Below, one piece after another: positions 7,126-15,215 of a stretch of DNA of 29,461 bases; the stretch's first letter is position 1; each line of letters begins with the position of its first letter. Source of the DNA: Candidatus Bipolaricaulota bacterium. Lineage in GTDB: Bacteria > Bipolaricaulota > Bipolaricaulia > RBG-16-55-9. The position numbers were made by a program, and so were the translations under genes. The stretch lies in NCBI GenBank assembly GCA_027021605.1, contig JALUUA010000251.1, forward strand, positions 1-29,461. The letters are read 5' to 3'. Below the pieces are notes generated by a model, which was not told the DNA's origin, ran no database searches, and saw nothing but the letters and a program-made list of their open reading frames with translations.

Positions 7126-8205
7126 CTAGCGTCCCTCCTGCTTTGAGGCTTCGTCCTTTGGGATTTCTTGAGCGGCTTCCTCCAAGAGCCGGAGCAGCTT
7201 AAGCCGCGCGTTCGACGGTAGCGCATTCAGCCACTCCGAATCAAGCGGACCGGGGCGGCCCACCACGAGGAGCCCCACCATCCCCAGCGCCTCGTGAAAC
7301 CGGCAGCGGTAGGGATAGCTCCCCTCCGGGAGGTCTGGCGGGACGGTCCACTCGTAGCGCTCCCCCTCCTCGAGGGAGCCGGAGTCCCACAGGGGGGCCC
7401 CCTCGAGGGCATAGGCCGTCGCGGTGTGGGGGCAGCCGCGGGCGCAGACCCAGCGCACCCGGTCCCCGGGGCGGACGAGCAGCAGCTCGGGATCGAGGAG
7501 ATATCGCCCCTCGGGGGTGACGACGAGGCGCACCTCCCAGAGGCGGCTCATCCGGGGCTCCGGCTCCTTAACGTCAATTTCGACGGATGCGGCCGCCGTA
7601 GCGCCGTCCTCGTCCGTGACGGTGAGCGTGGCCGTGAAGACGCCCGCGGCCTCGTAGACGTGTTCGACGCGCTCCCCCTGCGCGGTCGTCCCGTCGCCGA
7701 AGGCCCACTCGTAGCGCACCAGTGACCCGTCGGGGTCGCGGGAGCCCGAGGCGTCGAAAACCACCCGGAGGGGCGCGGTCCCCTCGCGGGGCTCGGCCCG
7801 GATCGCCGCCCGGGGCGGCGCGTTTCGGACCGTGATCGTGAGCGAGGCCGGCGGGCTCTCCGCGCCCTGGGGGTCGACGGCGGTCACGGTGACGGTGTAG
7901 CGGCCCGGACGGGCGTAGCGGTGCTCCACCGTCCCCGTGGGCGTCTCCCGGGTGTTCCCGTCGCCGAAGTCCCAGCGAAACCGGAGCGCCTCCCCCGGGG
8001 GGAGGTCAGGGTCCTCGCCCACCGCCACGAAGCGCACGACCTTGCTGGGTGCTTCGGGGTTCGCGGGCGGGGGGCTCTCAAAGCGCACCGACGGCGGCGC
8101 GTTGCGCGCCCCGCAGCCGACCAGGCCCACTCCCAAGGCCAACAGCAGGAGGAGCCACAACCACCTTGAAACTTCGACCCGAAACACGGGGGAAGCCACG
8201 CTCAT
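7126..8205 (-). CDS. Lipoprotein with two PKD domains and a C-terminal cupredoxin (type-1 copper) domain
   Basis: Lipobox LVG-C; PKD signatures WDFGDG...H.Y..PG.YTVT and WAFGDG...H.Y...G.FTATLTV; copper-ligand pattern HTATAY...YRCRFHEALGM. ATG 8205 overlaps the pcm stop. Confidence 0.85.
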   Translation of the reverse strand: MSVASPVFRVEVSRWLWLLLLLALGVGLVGCGARNAPPSVRFESPPPANPEAPSKVVRFVAVGEDPDLPPGEALRFRWDFGDGNTRETPTGTVEHRYARPGRYTVTVTAVDPQGAESPPASLTITVRNAPPRAAIRAEPREGTAPLRVVFDASGSRDPDGSLVRYEWAFGDGTTAQGERVEHVYEAAGVFTATLTVTDEDGATAAASVEIDVKEPEPRMSRLWEVRLVVTPEGRYLLDPELLLVRPGDRVRWVCARGCPHTATAYALEGAPLWDSGSLEEGERYEWTVPPDLPEGSYPYRCRFHEALGMVGLLVVGRPGPLDSEWLNALPSNARLKLLRLLEEAAQEIPKDEASKQEGR

Positions 8206-8903
8206 CGTAGGGCGCCGTCGTCCTCGGGTTTCGACTTCGGCTCGCAGGGGTCCTCGGCGTACTCCGGGGGCCAGCCCTCCGCCCCGATCAAGGGCAGGAA
8301 GCTGCACTCACACAGATCCCGCTCTACGAACGCGTCCCCACGGCGCTCGACGAGCTTCAGGGTCTGGAAGTGCCGACCGCCGACGGGGATCACGAGGCGC
8401 CCGCCGTCGGCCAGCTGCTCCTTGAGCGACGGGGGCACCCGGGGCACCGACCCGGTGGCGATGATCCCCGCATAAGGGGCGAACTCCGGCCAGCCCACCG
8501 TCCCGTCGCCGCACTTGTAGCGAACGTTATGGAAGCCGAGGGCCTCGAGCCGGGCGCGGGCCTTCTCCAACAGCGAGGGGAAGCGTTCGATCGTGTAGAC
8601 CTCCGCGGCGAGGGAGGCCAGAATCGCCGTCTGGTACCCGGAGCCGGTGCCGATCTCCAGAACGCGGTCTTCGGGGGCGAGGCGCAGGGCCTCCGTCATG
8701 AGCGCGACGATGTAGGGCTGGGAGATCGTCTGCCCCTCGTCGATGGGAAGGGGACGGTTTTCGTAGGCGTGTTCGCGATAGGGCTCGGGGACGAACTCGT
8801 GGCGGGGGATCGTTCGGATCGCCTCGAGGACGCGTTCGTCCCGGATGCCGAGGGCGCGCAGCTCTTCGACCAAGCGATGGCGGGCGGCTTCCCAGGAGTC
8901 CAT
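8202..8903 (-). CDS. pcm: Protein-L-isoaspartate O-methyltransferase
   Basis: PRHEFVP, GQTISQPYIVA.M, VLEIGTGSGYQTA.LA, GDGTVGWPEFAPY and GGRLVIPVG motifs. Confidence 0.95.
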   Translation of the reverse strand: MDSWEAARHRLVEELRALGIRDERVLEAIRTIPRHEFVPEPYREHAYENRPLPIDEGQTISQPYIVALMTEALRLAPEDRVLEIGTGSGYQTAILASLAAEVYTIERFPSLLEKARARLEALGFHNVRYKCGDGTVGWPEFAPYAGIIATGSVPRVPPSLKEQLADGGRLVIPVGGRHFQTLKLVERRGDAFVERDLCECSFLPLIGAEGWPPEYAEDPCEPKSKPEDDGALR

Positions 8904-8946
8904 CGGGGCTCTTAGCGGGCCTCCTTCCTCTCCCCCTCTAGGGGCC

Positions 8947-8975
8947 ATTCTAGGTCTCCCCTAGGGCCGATGCAA
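8947..8975 (-). promoter_or_regulatory. Putative pcm promoter (TTGCAT-N17-TAGAAT)
   Basis: -35 at 8970-8975 and -10 at 8947-8952; favours the 8903 start over 8948. Confidence 0.45.
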
Positions 8976-9473
8976 GGAGCGAAGCTCCCGGCGGATCGCC
9001 TCCGGGGAGAAGCCCCTGCGGCGCAGGAAGGCGTAGAGCCGCCGTTCGAGGGTTGCCGGATCCAGGCCCCGGCCCCGATAGCGGGCTAGGGCCTCCTCGA
9101 GGAGCCGGTGGAGGGCTTCCGTTTCGTCCTCGTCGCGCATCTCTTGGGTGAGGGCCTGCTCGATAAGCTCGTCGGAGAGGCCGTAGGCCCGCAGCTCCTG
9201 CGCGAGCAGCGCCCGGCTCCTGGGCTTGCGCTGCAGCCGATCGCGAATCCACAGGCGGGCGAACGCCTCGTCGTCGAGCCCGCCTTGGGCTTGGGCTTCG
9301 CTCAGGACCTCCTCCACGATTTCGGGCGAAAAACCCGCCTGCCGGAGGCGTCGGCGGGCCTCCGCGACGCTGCGCGGACGGTGCTTCAAGAGCCGAAGGA
9401 GCCGCTCGCGGGCCCGGGCCCGCTCCGCGCTTCTCCGGGGGTCAGGAGGGAGGTCGGGTGGGGAATCAGCCAC
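8961..9473 (-). CDS. recX: Recombination regulator RecX
   Basis: [31 protein letters not shown] and FLRRRGFS motifs; follows recA with an overlapping GTG start. Confidence 0.9.
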   Translation of the reverse strand: MADSPPDLPPDPRRSAERARARERLLRLLKHRPRSVAEARRRLRQAGFSPEIVEEVLSEAQAQGGLDDEAFARLWIRDRLQRKPRSRALLAQELRAYGLSDELIEQALTQEMRDEDETEALHRLLEEALARYRGRGLDPATLERRLYAFLRRRGFSPEAIRRELRSLHRP

Positions 9474-10554
9474 GGCGACCGCGCGCCTTGACGGGCCTTC
9501 CGCCCTCGGGCTGTCCGCCGTCTGGGGGGGCCGTCGGGGTCGGTGTGCTTTCCTTGCCGGGCTCCTCCGGGAGGAGGCCCGCCCGTACCCGGATCTCCCG
9601 CTCGATCTCTTGGGCAAGAGAGGGGTTTTCGGCGAGGAACGAGGCGGCGTTGGCGATCCCCTGGCCCAGCTGGGTCTCCCCGTAGGAGTACCAAGCGCCG
9701 CTCTTCTTGACGACGCCGAGCTGCTCGCCCAGCTTTAGGAGCTCGCGCTCCCGGGCGATCCCCACCCCGTAGAGGATGTCGAAGCGGGCTTCCTTAAAGG
9801 GCGGGGCGAGCTTGTTCTTCACCACTCGCACGAGCGTTTCGTTCCCGACCTTCCGGCCGCCGTCCTCGATGGCGCCTAGGCGCTTCACCTCCAGGCGCAC
9901 GGAGGTGTAGAACTTGAGCGCCAGGCCCCCGGTGGTCGTCGTGGAGGGCCCCCAGGGCCCCGACTGGATGAGCGATCGTATCTGGTTGATGAACACCACG
10001 AGGCAGTTCGACTGGTGAATCGCCCCGGAGAGCTTGCGCATCGCCTGGCTCATGAGGCGGGCTTGGAGGCCGACTTGGGTATCGCCCATGGCGCCCGCGA
10101 TCTCCGCCTCGGGCACCAGCGCGGCCACGGAGTCGATGACGATTACGTCCACGGCGCCGCTCCTTACGAGATGTTCCGTGATCTCGAGCGCCTGCTCCCC
10201 GGAGTTGGGCTGGCTGAGCAGCAAGTGGTCGAGGTCGACGCCGATGGCCTTCGCGTACTGGGGGTCGAGCGCGTGCTCCGCGTCGATGAAGGCGGCGATC
10301 CCCCCCCGCTTCTGGACCTCGGCGATCAGGTGGAGCCCCAGGGTCGTCTTCCCCGAGGCTTCGGGGCCGAAGATCTCGGCGATGCGCCCCCGGGGCATCC
10401 CCCCGATCCCCAGGGCGATGTCCAGCGCCAGCGACCCGCTGGGGATCGTCTCCACGCTGAGGTGGGGCGACTGCCCCAGCCACATGATCGACCCTTCCCC
10501 GTAGCGCTTCTTGATCTGGTCGAGCACCGAGTCGAGCACTTCCCGCTTCCCCAT
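9466..10554 (-). CDS. recA: Recombinase RecA
   Basis: [65 protein letters not shown] and KNKLAPPFK motifs. Confidence 0.98.
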   Translation of the reverse strand: MGKREVLDSVLDQIKKRYGEGSIMWLGQSPHLSVETIPSGSLALDIALGIGGMPRGRIAEIFGPEASGKTTLGLHLIAEVQKRGGIAAFIDAEHALDPQYAKAIGVDLDHLLLSQPNSGEQALEITEHLVRSGAVDVIVIDSVAALVPEAEIAGAMGDTQVGLQARLMSQAMRKLSGAIHQSNCLVVFINQIRSLIQSGPWGPSTTTTGGLALKFYTSVRLEVKRLGAIEDGGRKVGNETLVRVVKNKLAPPFKEARFDILYGVGIARERELLKLGEQLGVVKKSGAWYSYGETQLGQGIANAASFLAENPSLAQEIEREIRVRAGLLPEEPGKESTPTPTAPPDGGQPEGGRPVKARGRRG

Positions 10555-10563
10555 GGCGCCCTC

Positions 10564-10593
10564 ATGGTAGCCGATCCCCCCCGGGCCAGACAA
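10564..10593 (-). promoter_or_regulatory. Putative recA promoter (TTGTCT-N18-TACCAT), near-leaderless
   Basis: -35 at 10588-10593 and -10 at 10564-10569; 9 nt separate the -10 from the ATG. Confidence 0.5.
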
Positions 10594-10683
10594 ACCGCCG
10601 AAGGCGACGATTCCTCGCGCTGCTTGCGCCCGCTCTTGAGCGGACTCCGGGCCGGACTGGACTAACTAGACTAATTACTAGAG

Positions 10684-11178
10684 CTAGAGGTAGAAGTGGA
10701 TCGCCAGCCCTGCGGTGACCTCGCTCACCCCGCGGAAGAGGAGCCCCACCTCGGCCGCCAGGGCGATGTGGGGGGTGAGGCGGATCTCCAGCCCGGAGAC
10801 GGCCTGCAGCGGGACGACCAGCGTGCCGCCGCTTCCGAACACGGCCGCCCCCGTGCCCAAGTAGAGATCCGCCACGGAGGTGTTCACGTACTTGAGGAAC
10901 CCGCGCATCGAGAGGCTGGGGGCCTGGTCCACCACGAAGAGCGAAGCCTCGATCCCGAAGAGGTTGGCGACCCACAGGCGCCCGGACAGCCCCGAGGCGG
11001 GGAAGGTGTTCGGCGGGGTGAACGGGGCGGTGAGCCCCAGCCCGAACCCGATCCCGTGCCCCTGGGAGAGGTCCTCCACGGCGGGCTCCCCCCGCCCCGG
11101 GAGCGCAAGCCCGCCTACGACCAGCCCGAGGATCGCCAACGTGAGCGCTACGGCGTGTTTCGTACGGCTCGTGGACAT
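10684..11178 (-). CDS. Secreted protein, probable small outer-membrane beta-barrel
   Basis: Signal peptide, alternating hydrophobic Gly-rich strands, aromatic C-terminus (AIHFYL) and strong SD (GAGGAGG). Confidence 0.7.
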   Translation of the reverse strand: MSTSRTKHAVALTLAILGLVVGGLALPGRGEPAVEDLSQGHGIGFGLGLTAPFTPPNTFPASGLSGRLWVANLFGIEASLFVVDQAPSLSMRGFLKYVNTSVADLYLGTGAAVFGSGGTLVVPLQAVSGLEIRLTPHIALAAEVGLLFRGVSEVTAGLAIHFYL

Positions 11179-11354
11179 CGCGTCTCTCCTCCTCTAAGCG
11201 TTGAATACGCCGTACTGTACGGGTTGTTCGCCCGAGGAGGAAGGACCGAGGGGCGGGGGGTGGGACCGACTCTGTCCGTCTCATAAGGGACCGGCGTCCC
11301 TGGAAGGGGGGCAGAAGGGGTGGCGTGCGCGGCCCGTTTCGCCCCGCTGGTCCC

Positions 11355-12107
11355 CTATCCCCCCAGATACGCCTGGCGGATGTAGGGGTCTTCCTTCATG
11401 TCGGCGACGGTGCCCTCGCGGACGATTCGGCCCGTCTCCAGGAGATAGATGCGGTCGGAGTGGCGGAAAGCGAACTCGGCGTTCTGCTCGGCCAGCAGGA
11501 TCGTCATGCGGTAGCGCCTGCGGATCTCCTCCAGCGCTTGGGAGATGTGCGCCCGGACGATGGGGGCCAGGCCCAGGGTGGGCTCGTCGAGCATCAGGAG
11601 CTTGGGACGGGCCATCAGGGCCCGGCCGATGGCGACCATCTGCTGCTCGCCCCCGGAGAGGGTCCCCGCCAGCTGCCGCGCCCGCTCCCGCAGCCGGGGG
11701 AAGAGCTGGTAGACGTCCTCTAAGTCCCTCAAGATCCCGTCGTCCCGGCGGCGGTAGGCCCCGAGCATCAGGTTGTCGTAGACGCTCAAGTACGGGAACA
11801 GGCTGCGCCCCTCGGGGCAGTGGATCACCCCGCGGTGGACGATCTCGTGGGGCTGCGCGGGGAGGGGCTCGCCCGCGAAGAGGATCCGTCCCCGGTAGGG
11901 CACAAGCCCCGAGATCGCGTTCAGCAGCGTCGTCTTGCCCGCCCCGTTGGGGCCGATCACCGAGACGAACTCCCCCTCGTGGACCGCGAAGGAGAGCCCG
12001 TAGAGGGCCTGGGCCTTCCCGTAGAAGACGCTCAGCCCCTCGACCCGGAGCGCCACCTTCCGCTCCGTCGCGGTCGAGACGCCACGGGCTCGGGCTTGGG
12101 CGCTCAT
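11355..12107 (-). CDS. livF: Branched-chain amino acid-type ABC ATPase (LivF-like)
   Basis: GPNGAGKTT, HCPEGR.LFP.LSV.DNL, LSGGEQQMVAIGRALM, LDEPTLGLAP and LLAEQN motifs. Confidence 0.9.
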   Translation of the reverse strand: MSAQARARGVSTATERKVALRVEGLSVFYGKAQALYGLSFAVHEGEFVSVIGPNGAGKTTLLNAISGLVPYRGRILFAGEPLPAQPHEIVHRGVIHCPEGRSLFPYLSVYDNLMLGAYRRRDDGILRDLEDVYQLFPRLRERARQLAGTLSGGEQQMVAIGRALMARPKLLMLDEPTLGLAPIVRAHISQALEEIRRRYRMTILLAEQNAEFAFRHSDRIYLLETGRIVREGTVADMKEDPYIRQAYLGG

Positions 12108-12931
12108 CGTCGAACCCCCTCGCCTTCGCCTTCGTCTTCGCCCTCGCCCTCGCCCTCGTGCTCGTGGAGCGTCCCCGCCAGGTACGCCTCCTGGACGGCG
12201 GGGTTGTGGGCGACCTCCTCGGGGGTGCCCTCGGCGAGCTTCTGGCCGAAGTGGATAACGACAACGCGCTCGACGAGCTTCATCAGCCCGCGCATGTTGT
12301 GGTCCACGATCACGAGGGTGCGCCCCTCCGCGCGCAGCTCCCGGACGAGGTCGCTCAGCTCCTCGACCTCTTGGTGGGTGAGCCCGGCGAAGGGCTCGTC
12401 GAGCAGCAGGAGCTTGGGGTCGTTGGCCAGGGCCTTGGCGATCTCCAGCTTGCGCAGCCCCGCCTGGGGGAGGGCGTTGGGGTAGGTGTGCCAGCAGTCG
12501 CAGAGGCCGTCGTGGGGTCGGGGCTCGTGGCCGATGGCTTCGCACAGCCCGGCGCGTGCGCAGCAGGCCGCCACCTGCGCGATCCGCTCCCGGCGCCCCC
12601 CCGTTCGCGCGAAGATCGCGTTGGGAAGGAGCGCGATCTCGACGTTCTGGGCCACCGTCTTGTGGCGGAAGGGGCGGGGGATCTGGAAGGTGCGCGCGAT
12701 CCCGGCCTGCACCACCCGGTAGGGCGGCCAGCCCGTGATCTCCCGCCCGCGGAAGACGATCCGACCCCGGTCGGGCTTGTGCATCCCCGTGATGAGGTTA
12801 AACAGGGTCGTCTTCCCCGCGCCGTTGGGGCCGATCAGCCCCAGGATCTCCCCCTCCCGGACGGTGAAGCTCAGGTTGCTTACCGCCTGCAGGCCCCCAA
12901 ACGCCTTCGAGAGGTGTGCCACCTCGAGCAT
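12104..12931 (-). CDS. livG: Branched-chain amino acid-type ABC ATPase (LivG-like) with a Cys/His-rich insertion
   Basis: FGGLQAV, GPNGAGKTTLFNLITG, GIARTFQ, LLDEPFAGL, VDHNM and EGTPEEV motifs; alternative start at 12961. Confidence 0.9.
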   Translation of the reverse strand: MLEVAHLSKAFGGLQAVSNLSFTVREGEILGLIGPNGAGKTTLFNLITGMHKPDRGRIVFRGREITGWPPYRVVQAGIARTFQIPRPFRHKTVAQNVEIALLPNAIFARTGGRRERIAQVAACCARAGLCEAIGHEPRPHDGLCDCWHTYPNALPQAGLRKLEIAKALANDPKLLLLDEPFAGLTHQEVEELSDLVRELRAEGRTLVIVDHNMRGLMKLVERVVVIHFGQKLAEGTPEEVAHNPAVQEAYLAGTLHEHEGEGEGEDEGEGEGVRR

Positions 12932-12989
12932 CGCGATCCCCCCGTCCCTCGTCCGGCTCATCGCTCTTGCTTTGATTTTATTGCAGCGT

Positions 12990-14144
12990 CTATCGTTTCG
13001 CCGCCTCCGTGGGCTCCTGTCTCGGCGTCTGCGTCTGCGTCGGCGTCGACGCCGACGTTGCAGTTGGCCCCCCCGGCGGGCGCTGCTGCGCCGCTGTGGG
13101 AGCGGAGGAGGCCGTCGGGCTCGGCGCGGTCCGGCCGGGGCCCAGGCGGGCGCGCAGCCGGGCGAGGAGTCCGCCCTGGACCAACAGCAGGGTGAGCAGG
13201 GCGAGCGTAAAGAGCACGCCGAAGCGCAGCTCCCCCAGGGGCCGGAAGATCTCCTCGAAGAGCTTGAAGAAGTAGGCCCCGAAGATCGGGCCGATGATCG
13301 TTCCCATCCCACCCAGCACCGCGGTGGCGATCGCCTCCACGGAGCGCTGCAGGTTGAGCACGTCGGAGGGCCCCGCCGAGCCGATGTGATAGACGTAAAA
13401 CGCCCCGCTCAGGCCGGCGAAGAAGCCGCTGATCGCGAACGCCAGCGCCTTGAACTTGGCGGTGTTGATCCCGGCGGCCTGGGCGGCCTCCTCGTCGTCG
13501 CGGATCGCCTCGAGCGCAAGCCCAATGCGGGAGCGGGCGATCGCCCACAGCACCAGGAAGCTCCCGACCATGAGCGCGAGAGCATAGTAGTACTTCGTCA
13601 CGGCGCTAAAGCTCAAGAAGCACTTCAGGCTGCAGAGGATCGTCCCCTCGGCGCCGGGGATGCCCAGATCGAAGCGGTCGGCGGGCTTGAGCCAGCGCAC
13701 GAAGCGGTCGAAGGCCAGGGCCGCCACCAGGGTCATCAGCGAGAGATACGGCCCATGCAGCCTCAAGGCGGGGGCGGCGACGAGCAGCCCCCCCACGGCG
13801 GCCACCAGGGCGCCGAGCCCGATGATCACCCAGGGGTTCCAGCCCACGCTGAGCGAGAGGATCGCCGCCGTGAAGGCCCCCAGCCCGAAGAAGAGGGAGT
13901 GGCCGAAGCTGATCTGCCCCGCGTAGCCCCCCAGCAGATCCCAGCTCATGGCCAGGATCGCCAGCAGGTTCGCCGTGATGAGCACCCCCAGCCACTTGGA
14001 GAGCAGAAAGGGGTTCTGCTGGAGGGAGGGGAACAGCAGGGGCAGCAGGTAGGGGAGCGCGGCCAGGAGCGCGAAGAAGACCACCAGCAGCCCGAGGAGC
14101 CCGGGCTTTCGGGTTCGGGAGCGCTGGGGCGTGTGCGCGCTCAT
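12990..14144 (-). CDS. livM: Branched-chain amino acid-type ABC permease (LivM-like)
   Basis: SWDLLGGYAGQISFGH..FFGLGA, LRL.GPYLSL.TL, AIRDDEEAA.A.GIN and VLGG.GT..GP..GA motifs; low-complexity P/T/A tail. Confidence 0.9.
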   Translation of the reverse strand: MSAHTPQRSRTRKPGLLGLLVVFFALLAALPYLLPLLFPSLQQNPFLLSKWLGVLITANLLAILAMSWDLLGGYAGQISFGHSLFFGLGAFTAAILSLSVGWNPWVIIGLGALVAAVGGLLVAAPALRLHGPYLSLMTLVAALAFDRFVRWLKPADRFDLGIPGAEGTILCSLKCFLSFSAVTKYYYALALMVGSFLVLWAIARSRIGLALEAIRDDEEAAQAAGINTAKFKALAFAISGFFAGLSGAFYVYHIGSAGPSDVLNLQRSVEAIATAVLGGMGTIIGPIFGAYFFKLFEEIFRPLGELRFGVLFTLALLTLLLVQGGLLARLRARLGPGRTAPSPTASSAPTAAQQRPPGGPTATSASTPTQTQTPRQEPTEAAKR

Positions 14145-14995
14145 GCGGCAGCCCTCCCCAACAGCCCCTGGGGCCGGAAGGTGAGCACGAACATCAGCAA
14201 AACGAGGGAGGCGAGCCCGCGGGCCTCCGGCGCGAACTGCTGGACGATCGTCTCGGAGAACCCGATGATGAGGGCCGCCCACAGCGAGCCGGGGATGCTC
14301 CCCAGGCCGCCCAAGACGACCGTGGAGAAGGCGATCGTGAGCAGCAGGCGCTCCTCCAGCGGGCTGATCCCGAAGAACGAGCCCACGAACAGCCCGGCGA
14401 TCGCCGCCAGCGCCCCGGAGAGGGCCCAAACCCACAGGATGATGTTCCGGGTGGGGATGCCCACCAGCGCCGCGCCGCGCCGCTCCATGGAGAGGGCCAA
14501 GATGGCCTTCCCCGCCCGGGTGCGGTTCACGAAGAGCCACAGCGCCCCGATGATCAGCAGCGCGATCGCGCTGGCCGCCAGGCGGTTATACGGGATGCGC
14601 GTCCCGCCCACCACGAGGATGCCGTCGACCAGCGGGGGCAGGATGCGGGAGTTGAAGCTAAAGAGCAGCCCGATGATCTGCTCGAGCACGACGGCAAAGA
14701 GGAGCGTCCCCAGGAAGACGATCACGGGGCGGTCCTCCACGGGCCGGATCAGCAGGAGGTAGACCAGGGGGGCCAGGACGGCCATCCCCCCCACGGCGAA
14801 GAGGGCGGCCGCCGGGAGGCTCCAGCCCCACCCCAGGGCCCAGATCGCCAGATACGCCCCCACCATGGCAAACGCCCCGTGCGCGAGGTTGAGCACCCCG
14901 GCCACGCCGAAGATCATGGTAAAACCCAGCGCGATCAGGGCGTACAGCGAGCTGATCAAGAACCCGAGTAGGAGGACTTCGATGATGCCGCCCAA
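14141..14995 (-). CDS. livH: Branched-chain amino acid-type ABC permease (LivH-like)
   Basis: YALIALGFTMIFGV.GVLNLAHG, T..GKAI.A, VVLGGLGSI.G and RPQGLLG motifs; TTG start. Confidence 0.9.
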   Translation of the reverse strand: MGGIIEVLLLGFLISSLYALIALGFTMIFGVAGVLNLAHGAFAMVGAYLAIWALGWGWSLPAAALFAVGGMAVLAPLVYLLLIRPVEDRPVIVFLGTLLFAVVLEQIIGLLFSFNSRILPPLVDGILVVGGTRIPYNRLAASAIALLIIGALWLFVNRTRAGKAILALSMERRGAALVGIPTRNIILWVWALSGALAAIAGLFVGSFFGISPLEERLLLTIAFSTVVLGGLGSIPGSLWAALIIGFSETIVQQFAPEARGLASLVLLMFVLTFRPQGLLGRAAA

Positions 14996-15089
14996 AGCCT
15001 TGATCCCCTTTGCCTGGTCGCTTTATCGTGTGGCTTTTGGTTGTAGGTCCCTGCCGGCCCCTCCGCCGCGGGGGATGGGACCTCGTCGC

Positions 15090-15119
15090 ATGATAACAAA
15101 GGAGCGCGAGGAGGGCCAC
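15090..15119 (-). promoter_or_regulatory. Possible internal promoter for livHMGF (GTGGCC-N18-TATCAT, extended TG)
   Basis: -35 at 15114-15119 and -10 at 15090-15095. Confidence 0.35.
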
Positions 15120-15215
15120 CCGCCTCCGCCTCCCATCTCCCTCGTCCGGGCGGGGCAGGACAGGACAAGGCAGGGCAGGGCCCTCCTCGCTTTCCGCTCT
15201 TCTCCTAGCGGATCG

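Noticed and set aside
5945-7129. 394-aa + strand ORF crossing the sRNA candidate
   Set aside because: Mostly the antisense shadow of DUF1028. Its internal ATG (6143) lies within the -10 element, upstream of the predicted TSS, and the frame would cross an intrinsic terminator.
10555-10683. LexA/SOS box upstream of recA
   Set aside because: No Gram-positive-type, E. coli-type or cyanobacterial-type box found by eye.
12120-12165. Hexamer repeats in livG (EGEGE), livM (TQTQ) and the LVIVD gene (EGEGE)
   Set aside because: They encode ordinary low-complexity linkers in frame; the length-3n units give no phase-variation potential.
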